In this document: positions 45,921 through 54,451 of the stretch, one piece after another
Layout: each line of letters begins with the position of its first letter
Position numbering within the stretch: position 1 is the stretch's first letter
NCBI GenBank assembly: GCA_040261535.1
Contig: JBDQNU010000008.1
Coordinates: forward strand, 8,322-72,321
Reading direction: 5' to 3'
DNA: 64,000 bases
DNA from: Poseidonia sp.
GTDB taxonomy: Archaea; Thermoplasmatota; Poseidoniia; Poseidoniales; Poseidoniaceae
Made by a program: the position numbers and the translations under genes
The notes under the pieces: model-generated
Database searches by the model: none
What the model was told of the DNA's origin: nothing
Seen by the model: the letters and a program-made list of their open reading frames with translations, nothing else

Positions 45921-47750
45921 ATGGCAGACGACGAAAACGAAAACGTGCCCATGGCAGAGTGCGGTGCATGTCGGACGGTAATTCCCCTCGATTCTGCCGA
46001 GTGTCCCGAGTGTAAAACCAAATTTTCCGGCGTCTCTGACGAGGCTCTGGGGGAGTGCGGTGCTTGTCAAAAACTCGTCCCCCTTGATTCAACGCGATGT
46101 CCCGAATGCGGTGTCGTCTTTGTTGCTGACGACGTCGTGGACATTCTGCGGACATGGATTCACACCACCGGCGTTAACATTCGTAAATTGTTCGAAAAAT
46201 TCGATGAAAACGGCGATGGGACCATTGATTCAGAGGAATTGCGCAAGGGCCTTCTTGGATTGAATCTCGCCGACTTACCTCCCTCGCAAGTTGACCGATT
46301 GGTTGCCGAAATCGATGCAGACGGCAACGGCGTCATCGATCTCAACGAATTTGACTCAATTTTAATGGGGGATTCTGAGGCAGAGCACGAGCCGGAACAT
46401 GATGACGAGGGGGCCGAAGATTCAACCGTCCAGGAGGTGGAAGATAGCTCCGACGATGATATTGGAGAAGAGGATCACGTATCCGATGAATCCGAAGATG
46501 TCGCCGAAGACGAAGAAGACGAATCACGCGAGGAAGAGGCGTTGGCTGCTGAAAGTGACGAAGAAGATGCATCCTCAGAGGATGATGACGTTGATTCGGA
46601 GGTTGAAGAGCAGGATGCCGAGACGGATGACTCCCCAATGGACGACGCCGATGAAGTCGAGGAAGACGAGGTTGCGCCCGTACACCCGCTCCAGGCGCTT
46701 GCTGACATGATGGACGAACATGAGATTTCAGCGCAACGGATGTTCAACGAACTTGATGCAGACGGAAACGGCTTGATTTCGCTCAGCGAGCTCGAGAGTT
46801 CTCTCGTGGAAAAATACGGTGACGTGTTGGCAATAGAGAATCTTCAGGAACTTTTGGAAGGCGTTGACTCCGATGGCGATGGTATGATCGATATCACCGA
46901 ATTCATTGAATCCATGGAGAATCTCGACGATCATGAAGAGGTTGTCAAAGAAGAGAAGCCGCCGAAACAATTCCCCACTGTCTGGCAGAAACGCATGATG
47001 TCCAAGACTTGGAACGACAACGTGTGGCCTATTGTGCACGTGGGCTTTGGAATTCTCATCGTATTGGTTTTGGTCAACGCCCTCGTTGGACCGGTTGACG
47101 GTTCTGGAGGGAGGGTCGTCTTCCAAGAGATGGAAAGTCCCATAAGGCCTACACCGGAAAATTTCGTTGATGGAAAAACCCTTTACCCCTGCGATAATGA
47201 ATATCAAGACGGTGGTTGCAAAAACTCACTCACTCCCCTTGCTGGTGAAAACGGAGCATCATCGATGCCGAAGGGCTTCTACTGGGACGGAATTTTGTTC
47301 CTTCTGCTATCCGTTGCAGGATTGTGTGCCTCGTTATTTGTACACCTCGTGAAGGCGCCTGGCTGGCGTGAGCGGGTCAAAGCCATGAAGGAAGTTGCTG
47401 ACGATAAAGCAGATGCTGCTGACAGCGACGATGGGCACGATTCAGACGATGAAGACAACGGCGCGGACGAGGATGAAGACCTTGGTGAGACGGAAGAGGA
47501 AGTCGACGACGATGGTGAAGAATACAACGAAGGCGACGTGGAAGAAAACGGTGACGATGAAGAAGTTGATGAATCTCAAGGCGAAGGAGACAGCATCGAT
47601 ATCGGCTCCCATGTAGGGTTGGTCCTTGAAGATGAAGAGGTCTACGGAACCATCCTTGAGTTTGACGACGAAGAAGGAACGGTCACCATTGAAGAGGACG
47701 GAACCGGAGATCTCGTAACGGGATACCAGGAAGACATGTTCATTGAGTGA
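45921..47750 (+). CDS. membrane protein with two zinc ribbons, four EF-hands, poly-acidic linkers, two TM helices and an acidic C-terminal tail
   Basis: The ribbons are CGACRTVIPLDSAECPEC and CGACQKLVPLDSTRCPEC. The canonical 12-residue EF loops are DENGDGTIDSEE, DADGNGVIDLNE, DADGNGLISLSE and DSDGDGMIDITE. The TM helices are VWPIVHVGFGILIVLVLVNALVG and ILFLLLSVAGLCASLFVHLV. Start trimmed to ATG 45921, outside the divergent gene. Confidence 0.75.
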   Translation: MADDENENVPMAECGACRTVIPLDSAECPECKTKFSGVSDEALGECGACQKLVPLDSTRCPECGVVFVADDVVDILRTWIHTTGVNIRKLFEKFDENGDGTIDSEELRKGLLGLNLADLPPSQVDRLVAEIDADGNGVIDLNEFDSILMGDSEAEHEPEHDDEGAEDSTVQEVEDSSDDDIGEEDHVSDESEDVAEDEEDESREEEALAAESDEEDASSEDDDVDSEVEEQDAETDDSPMDDADEVEEDEVAPVHPLQALADMMDEHEISAQRMFNELDADGNGLISLSELESSLVEKYGDVLAIENLQELLEGVDSDGDGMIDITEFIESMENLDDHEEVVKEEKPPKQFPTVWQKRMMSKTWNDNVWPIVHVGFGILIVLVLVNALVGPVDGSGGRVVFQEMESPIRPTPENFVDGKTLYPCDNEYQDGGCKNSLTPLAGENGASSMPKGFYWDGILFLLLSVAGLCASLFVHLVKAPGWRERVKAMKEVADDKADAADSDDGHDSDDEDNGADEDEDLGETEEEVDDDGEEYNEGDVEENGDDEEVDESQGEGDSIDIGSHVGLVLEDEEVYGTILEFDDEEGTVTIEEDGTGDLVTGYQEDMFIE

Positions 47751-47754
47751 GTCC

Positions 47755-48120
47755 ATGACCGAGGCTGACCCGATTCAACGCTTCTCCGGCATCGCCACCT
47801 GCCCCGTGTGCGGTTGCCTTGACAGGAAAGGTGTTTATCGCTGTCCGGAATGCGGTACGTTCCATTCAGGGGCAATTTTGGATGAACGAGAGGCGCCCCC
47901 GCCTGCACCCGTAGAGGTGGAACCCGATGCTCCAATCGACCCGAGTATCTACTCGTTAGGCCCAAACGCCGCCATCCCGGAGGAGACGTTTGACGAATCG
48001 GATCATGTTCGGTCGTGGGATGGGGGCAGCACCGATTTTTCGTTTGATGAAGAGGATGAGCCCCCGGTTCACAAAGAGGAACCTGCCATGCCTGAACCCG
48101 AAACCGGCAATGAAGGTTAA
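47755..48120 (+). CDS. hypothetical acidic protein with N-terminal zinc ribbon
   Basis: CPVCGC-x9-CPECG is followed by a Pro/Glu/Asp-rich tail. It begins 5 nt after the stop of the EF-hand gene. Confidence 0.5.
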   Translation: MTEADPIQRFSGIATCPVCGCLDRKGVYRCPECGTFHSGAILDEREAPPPAPVEVEPDAPIDPSIYSLGPNAAIPEETFDESDHVRSWDGGSTDFSFDEEDEPPVHKEEPAMPEPETGNEG

Positions 48121-48198
48121 TTATCTTGAATTGGAATAGCAATTATTTGAATCACTATTCTCGAAAAATAATCCGCGACTTCAGCACAAGTGAAACAC

Positions 48199-48275
48199 TG
48201 GTGGGCTCGGAGAGAATCGAACTCTCGATCTTTGCCATGTCAAGGCAACGTCATAAACCCCTAGACCACGAGCCC
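48199..48275 (-). tRNA. tRNA-Val (anticodon GAC), CCA encoded
   Basis: The reverse complement reads GGGCTCGTGGTCTAGGGGTTTATGACGTTGCCTTGACATGGCAAAGATCGAGAGTTCGATTCTCTCCGAGCCCACCA. Hand folding gives a 7-bp acceptor stem (GGGCTCG/CGAGCCC), a 5-bp anticodon stem (TTGCC/GGCAA) with loop TTGACAT, and a T arm GAGAG-TTCGATT-CTCTC. Confidence 0.9.
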
Positions 48276-48302
48276 CTAGGTGATTCGTCCACCGGACCTC
48301 TG

Positions 48303-48309
48303 TATTAAA
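48303..48309 (-). promoter_or_regulatory. TATA box (TTTAATA) for tRNA-Val
   Basis: On the minus strand TTTAATA lies 28-34 nt upstream of the tRNA 5' end. This is the expected archaeal spacing. Confidence 0.4.
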
Positions 48310-48335
48310 CGGATTCGGTGGAGGATTTGGAAATT

Positions 48336-48485
48336 TCATCCAATGATTTTCGAGATCTTACCGGTGCATCCAGCTTGGGAGCAGAATCCGCCCATGCGCG
48401 TCCTACCGTTGGCCATGGTAAATTGTTGACCATCGCGAATAGGACCGTACGTTTTGCACTTCATGCAATAACCTTCGACCGCCAT
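48336..48485 (-). CDS. small zinc-ribbon protein (DUF5679-like), 49 aa; below the ORF-track size cut-off
   Basis: My own translation of the minus strand gives MAVEGYCMKCKTYGPIRDGQQFTMANGRTRMGGFCSQAGCTGKISKIIG*. The CxxC...NGR...G.C..GC pattern matches my recollection of DUF5679. An in-frame alternative ATG is at 48494. Confidence 0.55.
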   Translation of the reverse strand: MAVEGYCMKCKTYGPIRDGQQFTMANGRTRMGGFCSQAGCTGKISKIIG

Positions 48486-48694
48486 ATGCCTCATCCTTGC
48501 CAGAAGGTTCCCATTTTGAAGACTTCGGAAATCAATTCCTCAAGAGATGGTGTTTTCCTGCTCCAAGGAGGGGGTAGAAGAGGAAAATTGTCAAAAGTTT
48601 GCGCTTAGACTCATGAAATGTCGAGAAAAAGAGGGTGCTGCGAGCCATTTTCCATATTAGCCAAGGCCGGTGGACGCTCTCTTCACGAATCCGT

Positions 48695-48718
48695 GTCGCA
48701 TAACTCACATTATGCGAC
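48695..48718 (-). terminator. perfect 9-bp hairpin downstream of the ABM-like gene
   Basis: gtcgcataa-ctcaca-ttatgcgac lies 30 nt past the stop at 48748. No adjacent T-tract is present, so a terminator role is only a guess. Confidence 0.25.
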
Positions 48719-48747
48719 TCTACGGTGCACGGAAATTTGGCCATTTA

Positions 48748-49068
48748 CTAGACTTGTCCAATTTTCTCAGAAAAATCGCCAACGTCGAACATACCAACAA
48801 GCGGAGGGCCTAGCAAAAACCGTTCAATGCCACCATCAACTTCGTCAAGCTCCTGGCGAATCTTCTCCGATATGGTTTTCCAATCTTGGGCCGTGGCGTA
48901 CACCGATTGAACGAGGATCATCGTGTCGTTGTCGAGTGCCGTCCCCATCCAAGCGGCGATGCATCCGTTTTGTCGACGTTTGAATTCTTGCCGTGCAAGG
49001 ACAAGTCGGCGGAGCTTTGCACTGCTGCCGTCTTTCGCGGAACACACCACCGTCTCAATCACGTTCAT
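48748..49068 (-). CDS. ABM/Dabb-fold-like small protein (putative monooxygenase-like)
   Basis: The 106-aa product has a pattern (MNVIETVV...ILVQSVYATAQDWKTI) reminiscent of antibiotic-biosynthesis-monooxygenase domains. It lies downstream of hutI on the same strand. Confidence 0.4.
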   Translation of the reverse strand: MNVIETVVCSAKDGSSAKLRRLVLARQEFKRRQNGCIAAWMGTALDNDTMILVQSVYATAQDWKTISEKIRQELDEVDGGIERFLLGPPLVGMFDVGDFSEKIGQV

Positions 49069-49137
49069 GAATATCACTTATTTGTTTTTGAACCGAAACA
49101 CCTTATTCTAATTTTTTCAAAAGATAAAAGTTGTAGT

Positions 49138-50385
49138 TCAATGGGCGATGAATTGGCCGTTCAAGACCGTCGCTGAAAAGGGACTCCCGGTTGGCCTCAA
49201 ACAAACGGACTCCCAATGCTCCGTTTGAAGAATGTTGAGATTCGCAACCGCTCCTTCTTTGATTTGCCCGTGAACCAAACCCGTTGGATGTGGACTTGTT
49301 TTAGCAGCATTGACCGTGACCGCTCGAAGGGCATCAAGCGGATGAACGCCGCACCGTTGAACCATAAGAGACATCATGAAGGGCAGGCTCAACGTCTGGC
49401 AGTTTGGGTTGAAATCGGTTGCCAGCGTAAAGGGTACGTTTTCGCTCTGAATCTCGTTCATGTTGGGCCATTGGTCGCCCATTCCGTAGGGTGTCCCCGG
49501 TAGAAAGCCGGTCATGACGCCCCGGTCCCTCATGGTACGCCTCACCTCAAGCGGCGTGCAGTACGCGTGATCTGCCGACTCAACGCCTAGATCAGCTGCG
49601 AGGGCTCCGCCACCTCCGTCTTTGAACTCATCAACATGCATTCGTAAGGACATGCCCTGGTTCCGCGCCTCGGTTAAAATGCGCTCTGAAGACTCAACAT
49701 CAAACCAACCCGGTTCACAGAACACATCGGCGGACCGAGCAATGTTTTGTTCAACAACGGCGGGTAGTTGTTCAGACACCAGTTCGTCAACGTATCCAAC
49801 CATGGTTGCTCCAACGGGTACATCGTGAGCTCCCATCCACGTTGGGTCGATTGTTGGTACATGGGCAACGTCCCCGAGCGTTTTCATGACATCAAGCAGT
49901 CGAAGTTCGGTTTCAGTATCCAGTCCGTATCCACTCTTTGCCTCGACGTGGGTGGTCCCTGTTGACAATGCTTCACGAAGGCGAACATAACCGACCTGGA
50001 ACAAGGATTCGTTGCTCGATGCGCGTGTAGCCCGGACGGTGGACTGGATGCCTCCCCCGTTTCTGGCGATGTCGGCATAGGTCATGCCTTCCCGTCGCAA
50101 GCGAACTTCAGGTGATCGGTCGCCCGCCCACAAAAGATGGGTATGCGCGTCGATGAGGCCCGGTATGACGGCGGCTCCGCCAAGATCGTGTATTTTCAAC
50201 GTTGAGTCTGCATCGCTTTCGGCTCCACTGTATTCGTCAAGCAGGTCTGATGAATCTTGGATTGAAACAATCTGATTGCCTTCTATGATAATTCCCATTC
50301 CAACAGGATAAATCTGGTCTTCATAGAGTGGGGTTCGAGCATCAAAGTGGACAATAGGGCCAGCATTCAACAAGACCCGCCGCAC
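49138..50385 (-). CDS. hutI: imidazolonepropionase
   Basis: GLIDAHTHL, EAKSGYGL and DHAY motifs of the amidohydrolase HutI are present. ORF 49138..50673 was trimmed to GTG 50385 (MRRVLLNAGPIV...), giving 415 aa and removing the overlap with kae1. Confidence 0.85.
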   Translation of the reverse strand: MRRVLLNAGPIVHFDARTPLYEDQIYPVGMGIIIEGNQIVSIQDSSDLLDEYSGAESDADSTLKIHDLGGAAVIPGLIDAHTHLLWAGDRSPEVRLRREGMTYADIARNGGGIQSTVRATRASSNESLFQVGYVRLREALSTGTTHVEAKSGYGLDTETELRLLDVMKTLGDVAHVPTIDPTWMGAHDVPVGATMVGYVDELVSEQLPAVVEQNIARSADVFCEPGWFDVESSERILTEARNQGMSLRMHVDEFKDGGGGALAADLGVESADHAYCTPLEVRRTMRDRGVMTGFLPGTPYGMGDQWPNMNEIQSENVPFTLATDFNPNCQTLSLPFMMSLMVQRCGVHPLDALRAVTVNAAKTSPHPTGLVHGQIKEGAVANLNILQTEHWESVCLRPTGSPFSATVLNGQFIAH

Positions 50386-50436
50386 AACTACGGGTGTGAC
50401 AAGAGGGTTGAAGAACAATCGCTCGTACCCGCCACC

Positions 50437-51444
50437 ATGCCTCAGTGGACGCTTGGCATTGAAACAACTGCGCACACGCTCTCGTTTGGGCTGGTTGATG
50501 CCGATGGTACGCCTTATCCTGCCGCATCGGACACGCTCCGACCTGATGAAGGTGGAATTCATCCGAGGGAGGCAGCCGATCATCACAAAGACGTTGCATC
50601 CGAATTGTTTGCAAAGGTCCTGGATACGAACAATCTCACTCCATCCGATATCGGTGCAGTCGCTTATTCGCAAGGACCCGGACTTGGCCCTTGTTTGAGG
50701 GTTGGCGCTGCAATCGCACGCGGTCTAGCAACCAAGATGGACGTCCCCCTCATTGGTGTCAATCATTGCGTGGCCCACATTGAAATCGGACGCCAGCAAT
50801 GCGGATGCGACGACCCCATTCTCCTGTATGTCTCTGGAGGAAACACCCAAGTTATCGCTCGGTTGCAAGGCCGCTATCGCGTACTTGGGGAAACGCTGGA
50901 TATCGGCATCGGCAACATGCTTGATAAATTTGCACGGAATCAAGGCATTCCCTTCCCCGGAGGGCCCAAAATTGAGCAACTTGCGAATCAATACTTGGAA
51001 CGAACGCCTGAACCAAGCATGGAAGGATTGCAACTTCCGTACGCTGTTCGAGGAATGGATCTTGCTTTTTCTGGCTTGTTGACTGCAGCACAACGCCTCG
51101 TTGACAACGGAGCACCCTTGGACGCCGTGTGCTGGTCCCTTCAGGAGCATGCTTTTGCTTCCTGCGTGGAAGTCGCCGAGCGGGCGATGGCGCACACGGG
51201 GAAAGCCGAGCTGTTGCTTGGCGGCGGTGTTGCTTGCAACCAGCGGATTCGCACGATGTGTGAGGAAATGGCCACGGATAGAGAGGGAGCCTCGTTTGCC
51301 CCACCGCGGATGTATTGCATCGACAACGGATCGATGATCGCCCTCCTCGGGTACATTGAACTCAACCATCGAACCACGGAACTTCAGGGAAGCGCCATCG
51401 ACCAGTACCTTCGTACGGACCAGACGCCCATCGTGTGGTCTTGA
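50437..51444 (+). CDS. kae1: tRNA N6-adenosine threonylcarbamoyltransferase Kae1
   Basis: LGIETTAHT, GIHPREAADHH, GPGLGPCLRVG, VNHCVAHI and YVSGGNTQ are present. Start trimmed to ATG 50437. There is no fused Bud32 domain. Confidence 0.9.
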   Translation: MPQWTLGIETTAHTLSFGLVDADGTPYPAASDTLRPDEGGIHPREAADHHKDVASELFAKVLDTNNLTPSDIGAVAYSQGPGLGPCLRVGAAIARGLATKMDVPLIGVNHCVAHIEIGRQQCGCDDPILLYVSGGNTQVIARLQGRYRVLGETLDIGIGNMLDKFARNQGIPFPGGPKIEQLANQYLERTPEPSMEGLQLPYAVRGMDLAFSGLLTAAQRLVDNGAPLDAVCWSLQEHAFASCVEVAERAMAHTGKAELLLGGGVACNQRIRTMCEEMATDREGASFAPPRMYCIDNGSMIALLGYIELNHRTTELQGSAIDQYLRTDQTPIVWS

Positions 51445-51924
51445 TGTCATTCGAAGGCATACGGTTTTAACATGTCGTGGGTCCCTTAAGGGTAGGGGGT
51501 CTTACCAATCAACGGACGACGGCGCAGGGAAGAGTTCAATCCTTTTGCAAAGGATGCATCCCAGCAACACCGTCGACGACGTGATGAACGGGATCGTCAG
51601 GCGACTCGACGCGCACCCACACCCGTTGATGACACCCCCACTCAACCAAAAGACATCCAGGCAGATCTTGAGCGAAAACAGCGGGAAGCCATCGAAAAAC
51701 TTGAACAAAAGGGAGACGTCGTTGCACCGACCGTTGCTCCCGCACCCGTCCCACAACACCTTCCTGAAACACCGAAGGAAGAGGCACCTCGGACCTTCTC
51801 CAGAGAAGATCGACTTGCCGAACTTCGTCGCAAATCAGAAGCTCTCAAAAAGGCCGCACCAAGCCTACAAGCCGAACCCCCCGTTGAGGCCGAAGCGGTT
51901 GCTGAAACCGTTGAACCGGAAACC

Positions 51925-52341
51925 ATGGTCGACGATGATGAGGAAGCCGAAGACGATGATGCCGTCGTGGTCAAGGCTAAGAACAAGCGTGTGAAAAACG
52001 TGTTCAAGGAAATTGAAACGAAGGTGGAAAACAAGCAGGACCGCCGACGTGGTCGCCGTCGAATGGACAAAAAAGGCGGCGGCCGCCAGAAGCAACAGAA
52101 GAAGTTGAACCGCCAAAAATACCTGGAGTACAAATACGCGGCTAAGGCTGTCCTTGACCATCCAAGCGTCCCAGAGGAACATCGCTCGAACGTCCTTGGT
52201 CAAATTTGGGCCAAGGGTGAACGTCAAGGCGTCGACGATAGCTTAGAATTCATCGAACAAAAAGAAGCAGAACTCATTTTGCCTGCCGATGTGGCGGATG
52301 AATTGAGAAAACTCGTCAAACAAATGACAACCAGGAGATGA
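51925..52341 (+). CDS. hypothetical charged protein (minimal model; the frame stays open and coding-like for 143 codons upstream without a start codon)
   Basis: The first ATG in frame is at 51925. The stop overlaps the FKBP gene start (ATGA). See the corresponding finding. Confidence 0.45.
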   Translation: MVDDDEEAEDDDAVVVKAKNKRVKNVFKEIETKVENKQDRRRGRRRMDKKGGGRQKQQKKLNRQKYLEYKYAAKAVLDHPSVPEEHRSNVLGQIWAKGERQGVDDSLEFIEQKEAELILPADVADELRKLVKQMTTRR

Positions 52342-52823
52342 AGAACATGACCGATACTCTAGCAGAAAATACCGTAGCCAGCGTCCATTATACTGGAAAA
52401 CTTCCGGAAAGTGGTGAAATTTTTGATACCAGCGAGGGACGCGATCCCCTTACGTTCCTTGTTGGCCACAAACAAATGATTCCTGGATTTGAGGAGGAAA
52501 TGATGGGTGCTAAGGTTGGCGAACGCCGCACCTTTACCCTTGAACCAGAACGCGCCTACGGGCAGCGTATGGAAGATGCCGTCCAGCAGATCGAGCGAGC
52601 TCAATTCGGCGATATCGAACCAGAGGTCGGCATGATGTTGATGTCGGACATTGGTCCATTTACCATAACGGCCGTTGCCGATGACTTGGTAACCGTTGAC
52701 TTCAATCACAAACTCGCAGGTGAAACCCTTGAATTTTCGGTGGAAGTTGTCGAAGTTCGGGTGGCAACCGAGGAAGAATTGGCTCACGGTCACGCTCACG
52801 GCCCCGGTGGCCATCACCACTGA
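52338..52823 (+). CDS. FKBP-type peptidyl-prolyl cis-trans isomerase (SlyD-like, with insert-in-flap and His-rich tail)
   Basis: VHYTGKL..GEIFDTS, LVGHKQMIPGFEEEMMGAKVGE and DFNHKLAGETLEF are present, with a C-terminal HGHAHGPGGHHH. Confidence 0.85.
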   Translation: MKNMTDTLAENTVASVHYTGKLPESGEIFDTSEGRDPLTFLVGHKQMIPGFEEEMMGAKVGERRTFTLEPERAYGQRMEDAVQQIERAQFGDIEPEVGMMLMSDIGPFTITAVADDLVTVDFNHKLAGETLEFSVEVVEVRVATEEELAHGHAHGPGGHHH

Positions 52824-52867
52824 TTCGCGAAGCGAGTCTTGATGAAGTGCCTCGCCGTGAGGAAACC

Positions 52868-54448
52868 ATGGCGAACCAGCGTAAGCCGGACTGGAAAACG
52901 CTGAGCGGGATTGAACTTCCCCTTACCGCAACACCCGATTCGGTCAACGAACTTGCAGATGCAGGTCAACCTCCGTACACCCGTGGCATTCACGATACGA
53001 TGTACCGGTCTCGCCTCTGGACCATGAGGCAATACGCGGGATTTTCCAGTGCGGAAGCCACCAACGAACGATTCAAGTTGCTTCTGGACCGAGGCCAAAT
53101 GGGTCTCTCGGTCGCTTTTGACCTCCCGACCCAATTGGGCATGGATGCAGACGACGAACTCTCGTTCGGCGAGGTGGGGAAGGTCGGTGTTTCCATCTCT
53201 TCAGTGGAAGATATGAAACTCCTGTTCAACGGCATACCTTTGGGAGACGTGAGTACATCGATGACCATCAATGCCCCTGCCATGGTTCTCCTCGCCATGT
53301 ACATGGTCGCTGGAGAAGAACAGGGTGTGTCGTTGGACAAGCTCAAGGGGACGATTCAAAACGACATTCTCAAGGAATACATCGCTCGAGGGACGTACGT
53401 CTTCCCTCCAAAAGAAAGCATGCGTCTCATTACCGACATCTTCGATTTCTGTGCCAGAGAAGTGCCCAAGTGGAACACGATTTCAATCTCGGGATACCAC
53501 ATCCGTGAGGCAGGCTCAACCGCTGTTCAAGAACTCGCCTTTACGCTTGCAAACGCCTTGGCTTATGTTGATGCTGCGATCGCCACGGGTCAAGACATCG
53601 ATGCATTTGCGCCCCGTCTCTCGTTTTTCTTTAACTGCCACAACGACTTTTTTGAGGAGATTGCAAAATTTCGAGCCGCACGGACGTTGTGGCACGATTT
53701 GATGACCGAACGCTACCAACCTCAAAATCCAAAATCGAAGATGCTCCGGTTCCACACGCAAGTCGCAGGGGTCAGCCTCACTGCCCAACAACCGTTGAAC
53801 AACGTCGCCCGTGTCACGGTACAAGCGTTGGCTGCGGTTCTGGGTGGAACACAAAGTTTGCACACCAACTCGTACGACGAAGCCTTGGGGCTCCCCACGG
53901 AAACCTCTGCCACGGTTGCTCTTCGAACGCAACAAATCATCGCAGAAGAATCTGGTGTTGCAGATACTGTGGACCCGATGGCCGGCTCATGGCATGTTGA
54001 GCGCCTCACCCAAGAGATCTATGACCGGTCTCGCTCCATCATCGACACGATTGAATCCAAAGGAGGGGCCCTCAACGCCATTGAGGAAGGGTGGCAACAA
54101 CATGAAATCCATCTTTCAGCCTACGCCTACCTGAATGAAATCGAAAGAGGTGAGCGACGAATCGTTGGCCTCAATCACGGCGTCATGGAAGAAAACGAGA
54201 AAATTCCAATTCTGAAAACCGACGCCTCCTTGGGAGAGACCCAAGCCTCTCGATTGAGGGTGCTTCGAGAAACACGGGACAACATGCGGGTGGAGCGCGC
54301 ACTCCAATCCGTTCAAACGGCGGCTCAATCCGACGACAATCTGTTTCCGCATGTGCTAGAAGCGGTTCGTGCGAGAGCGACCCTTGGCGAGATCATGGCC
54401 GAATTGAAGTCGGTTTTTGGCACATACACCGCTCCCAGTGGATTTTGA
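52868..54448 (+). CDS. methylmalonyl-CoA mutase, large (catalytic, CoA-binding) subunit without B12-binding domain
   Basis: PPYTRGIH, TMRQYAGF, GLSVAFDLPTQ and ISGYHIREAG are present. Length is about 526 aa. Confidence 0.9.
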   Translation: MANQRKPDWKTLSGIELPLTATPDSVNELADAGQPPYTRGIHDTMYRSRLWTMRQYAGFSSAEATNERFKLLLDRGQMGLSVAFDLPTQLGMDADDELSFGEVGKVGVSISSVEDMKLLFNGIPLGDVSTSMTINAPAMVLLAMYMVAGEEQGVSLDKLKGTIQNDILKEYIARGTYVFPPKESMRLITDIFDFCAREVPKWNTISISGYHIREAGSTAVQELAFTLANALAYVDAAIATGQDIDAFAPRLSFFFNCHNDFFEEIAKFRAARTLWHDLMTERYQPQNPKSKMLRFHTQVAGVSLTAQQPLNNVARVTVQALAAVLGGTQSLHTNSYDEALGLPTETSATVALRTQQIIAEESGVADTVDPMAGSWHVERLTQEIYDRSRSIIDTIESKGGALNAIEEGWQQHEIHLSAYAYLNEIERGERRIVGLNHGVMEENEKIPILKTDASLGETQASRLRVLRETRDNMRVERALQSVQTAAQSDDNLFPHVLEAVRARATLGEIMAELKSVFGTYTAPSGF

Positions 54449-54451
54449 GGG

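Noticed and set aside
46380-47610. GA-rich, apparently repetitive DNA (gaagacga/gatgatga runs) that could be mistaken for tandem repeats or a CRISPR-like array
   Set aside because: The periodicity is simply codon-level repetition of Asp/Glu in the two poly-acidic linkers of the EF-hand protein. There are no spaced identical repeats. No CRISPR array is present anywhere in the window.
48126-48308. A 60-aa plus-strand ORF
   Set aside because: It overlaps the tRNA-Val gene on the opposite strand, and its reading frame runs straight through the tRNA sequence. Not coding.
48121-48335. tRNA-Val as a possible integration site for a mobile element or genomic island
   Set aside because: No integrase, transposase, direct repeat of the tRNA 3' end or obvious compositional break is visible on either side. 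The flanking genes are ordinary, either metabolic (hutI, ABM-like) or lineage-typical.
50386-50673. The N-terminal ~96 codons of the hutI ORF as drawn by the ORF track (start 50673)
   Set aside because: This extension would overlap the kae1 coding region on the other strand by more than 200 nt. It adds non-homologous sequence ahead of the conserved HutI N-terminus (RVLLNAGPIV). GTG 50385 gives a normal 415-aa enzyme. Similar over-extensions were trimmed at 5..130, 2968..3177, 6249..6365, 28581..28646, 35600..35821, 45750..45920 and 55936..56067.
51356-51994. A 212-aa plus-strand ORF in an alternative frame, overlapping the kae1 3' end and the hypothetical gene
   Set aside because: The translation is an implausible P/K/R/N/H-rich string, and the region is T-poor, so stop codons are rare in all frames. 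I did not call it as a gene. Its ATG 51554 is still kept as a possible true start if an indel exists (see the finding on 51445..52341).
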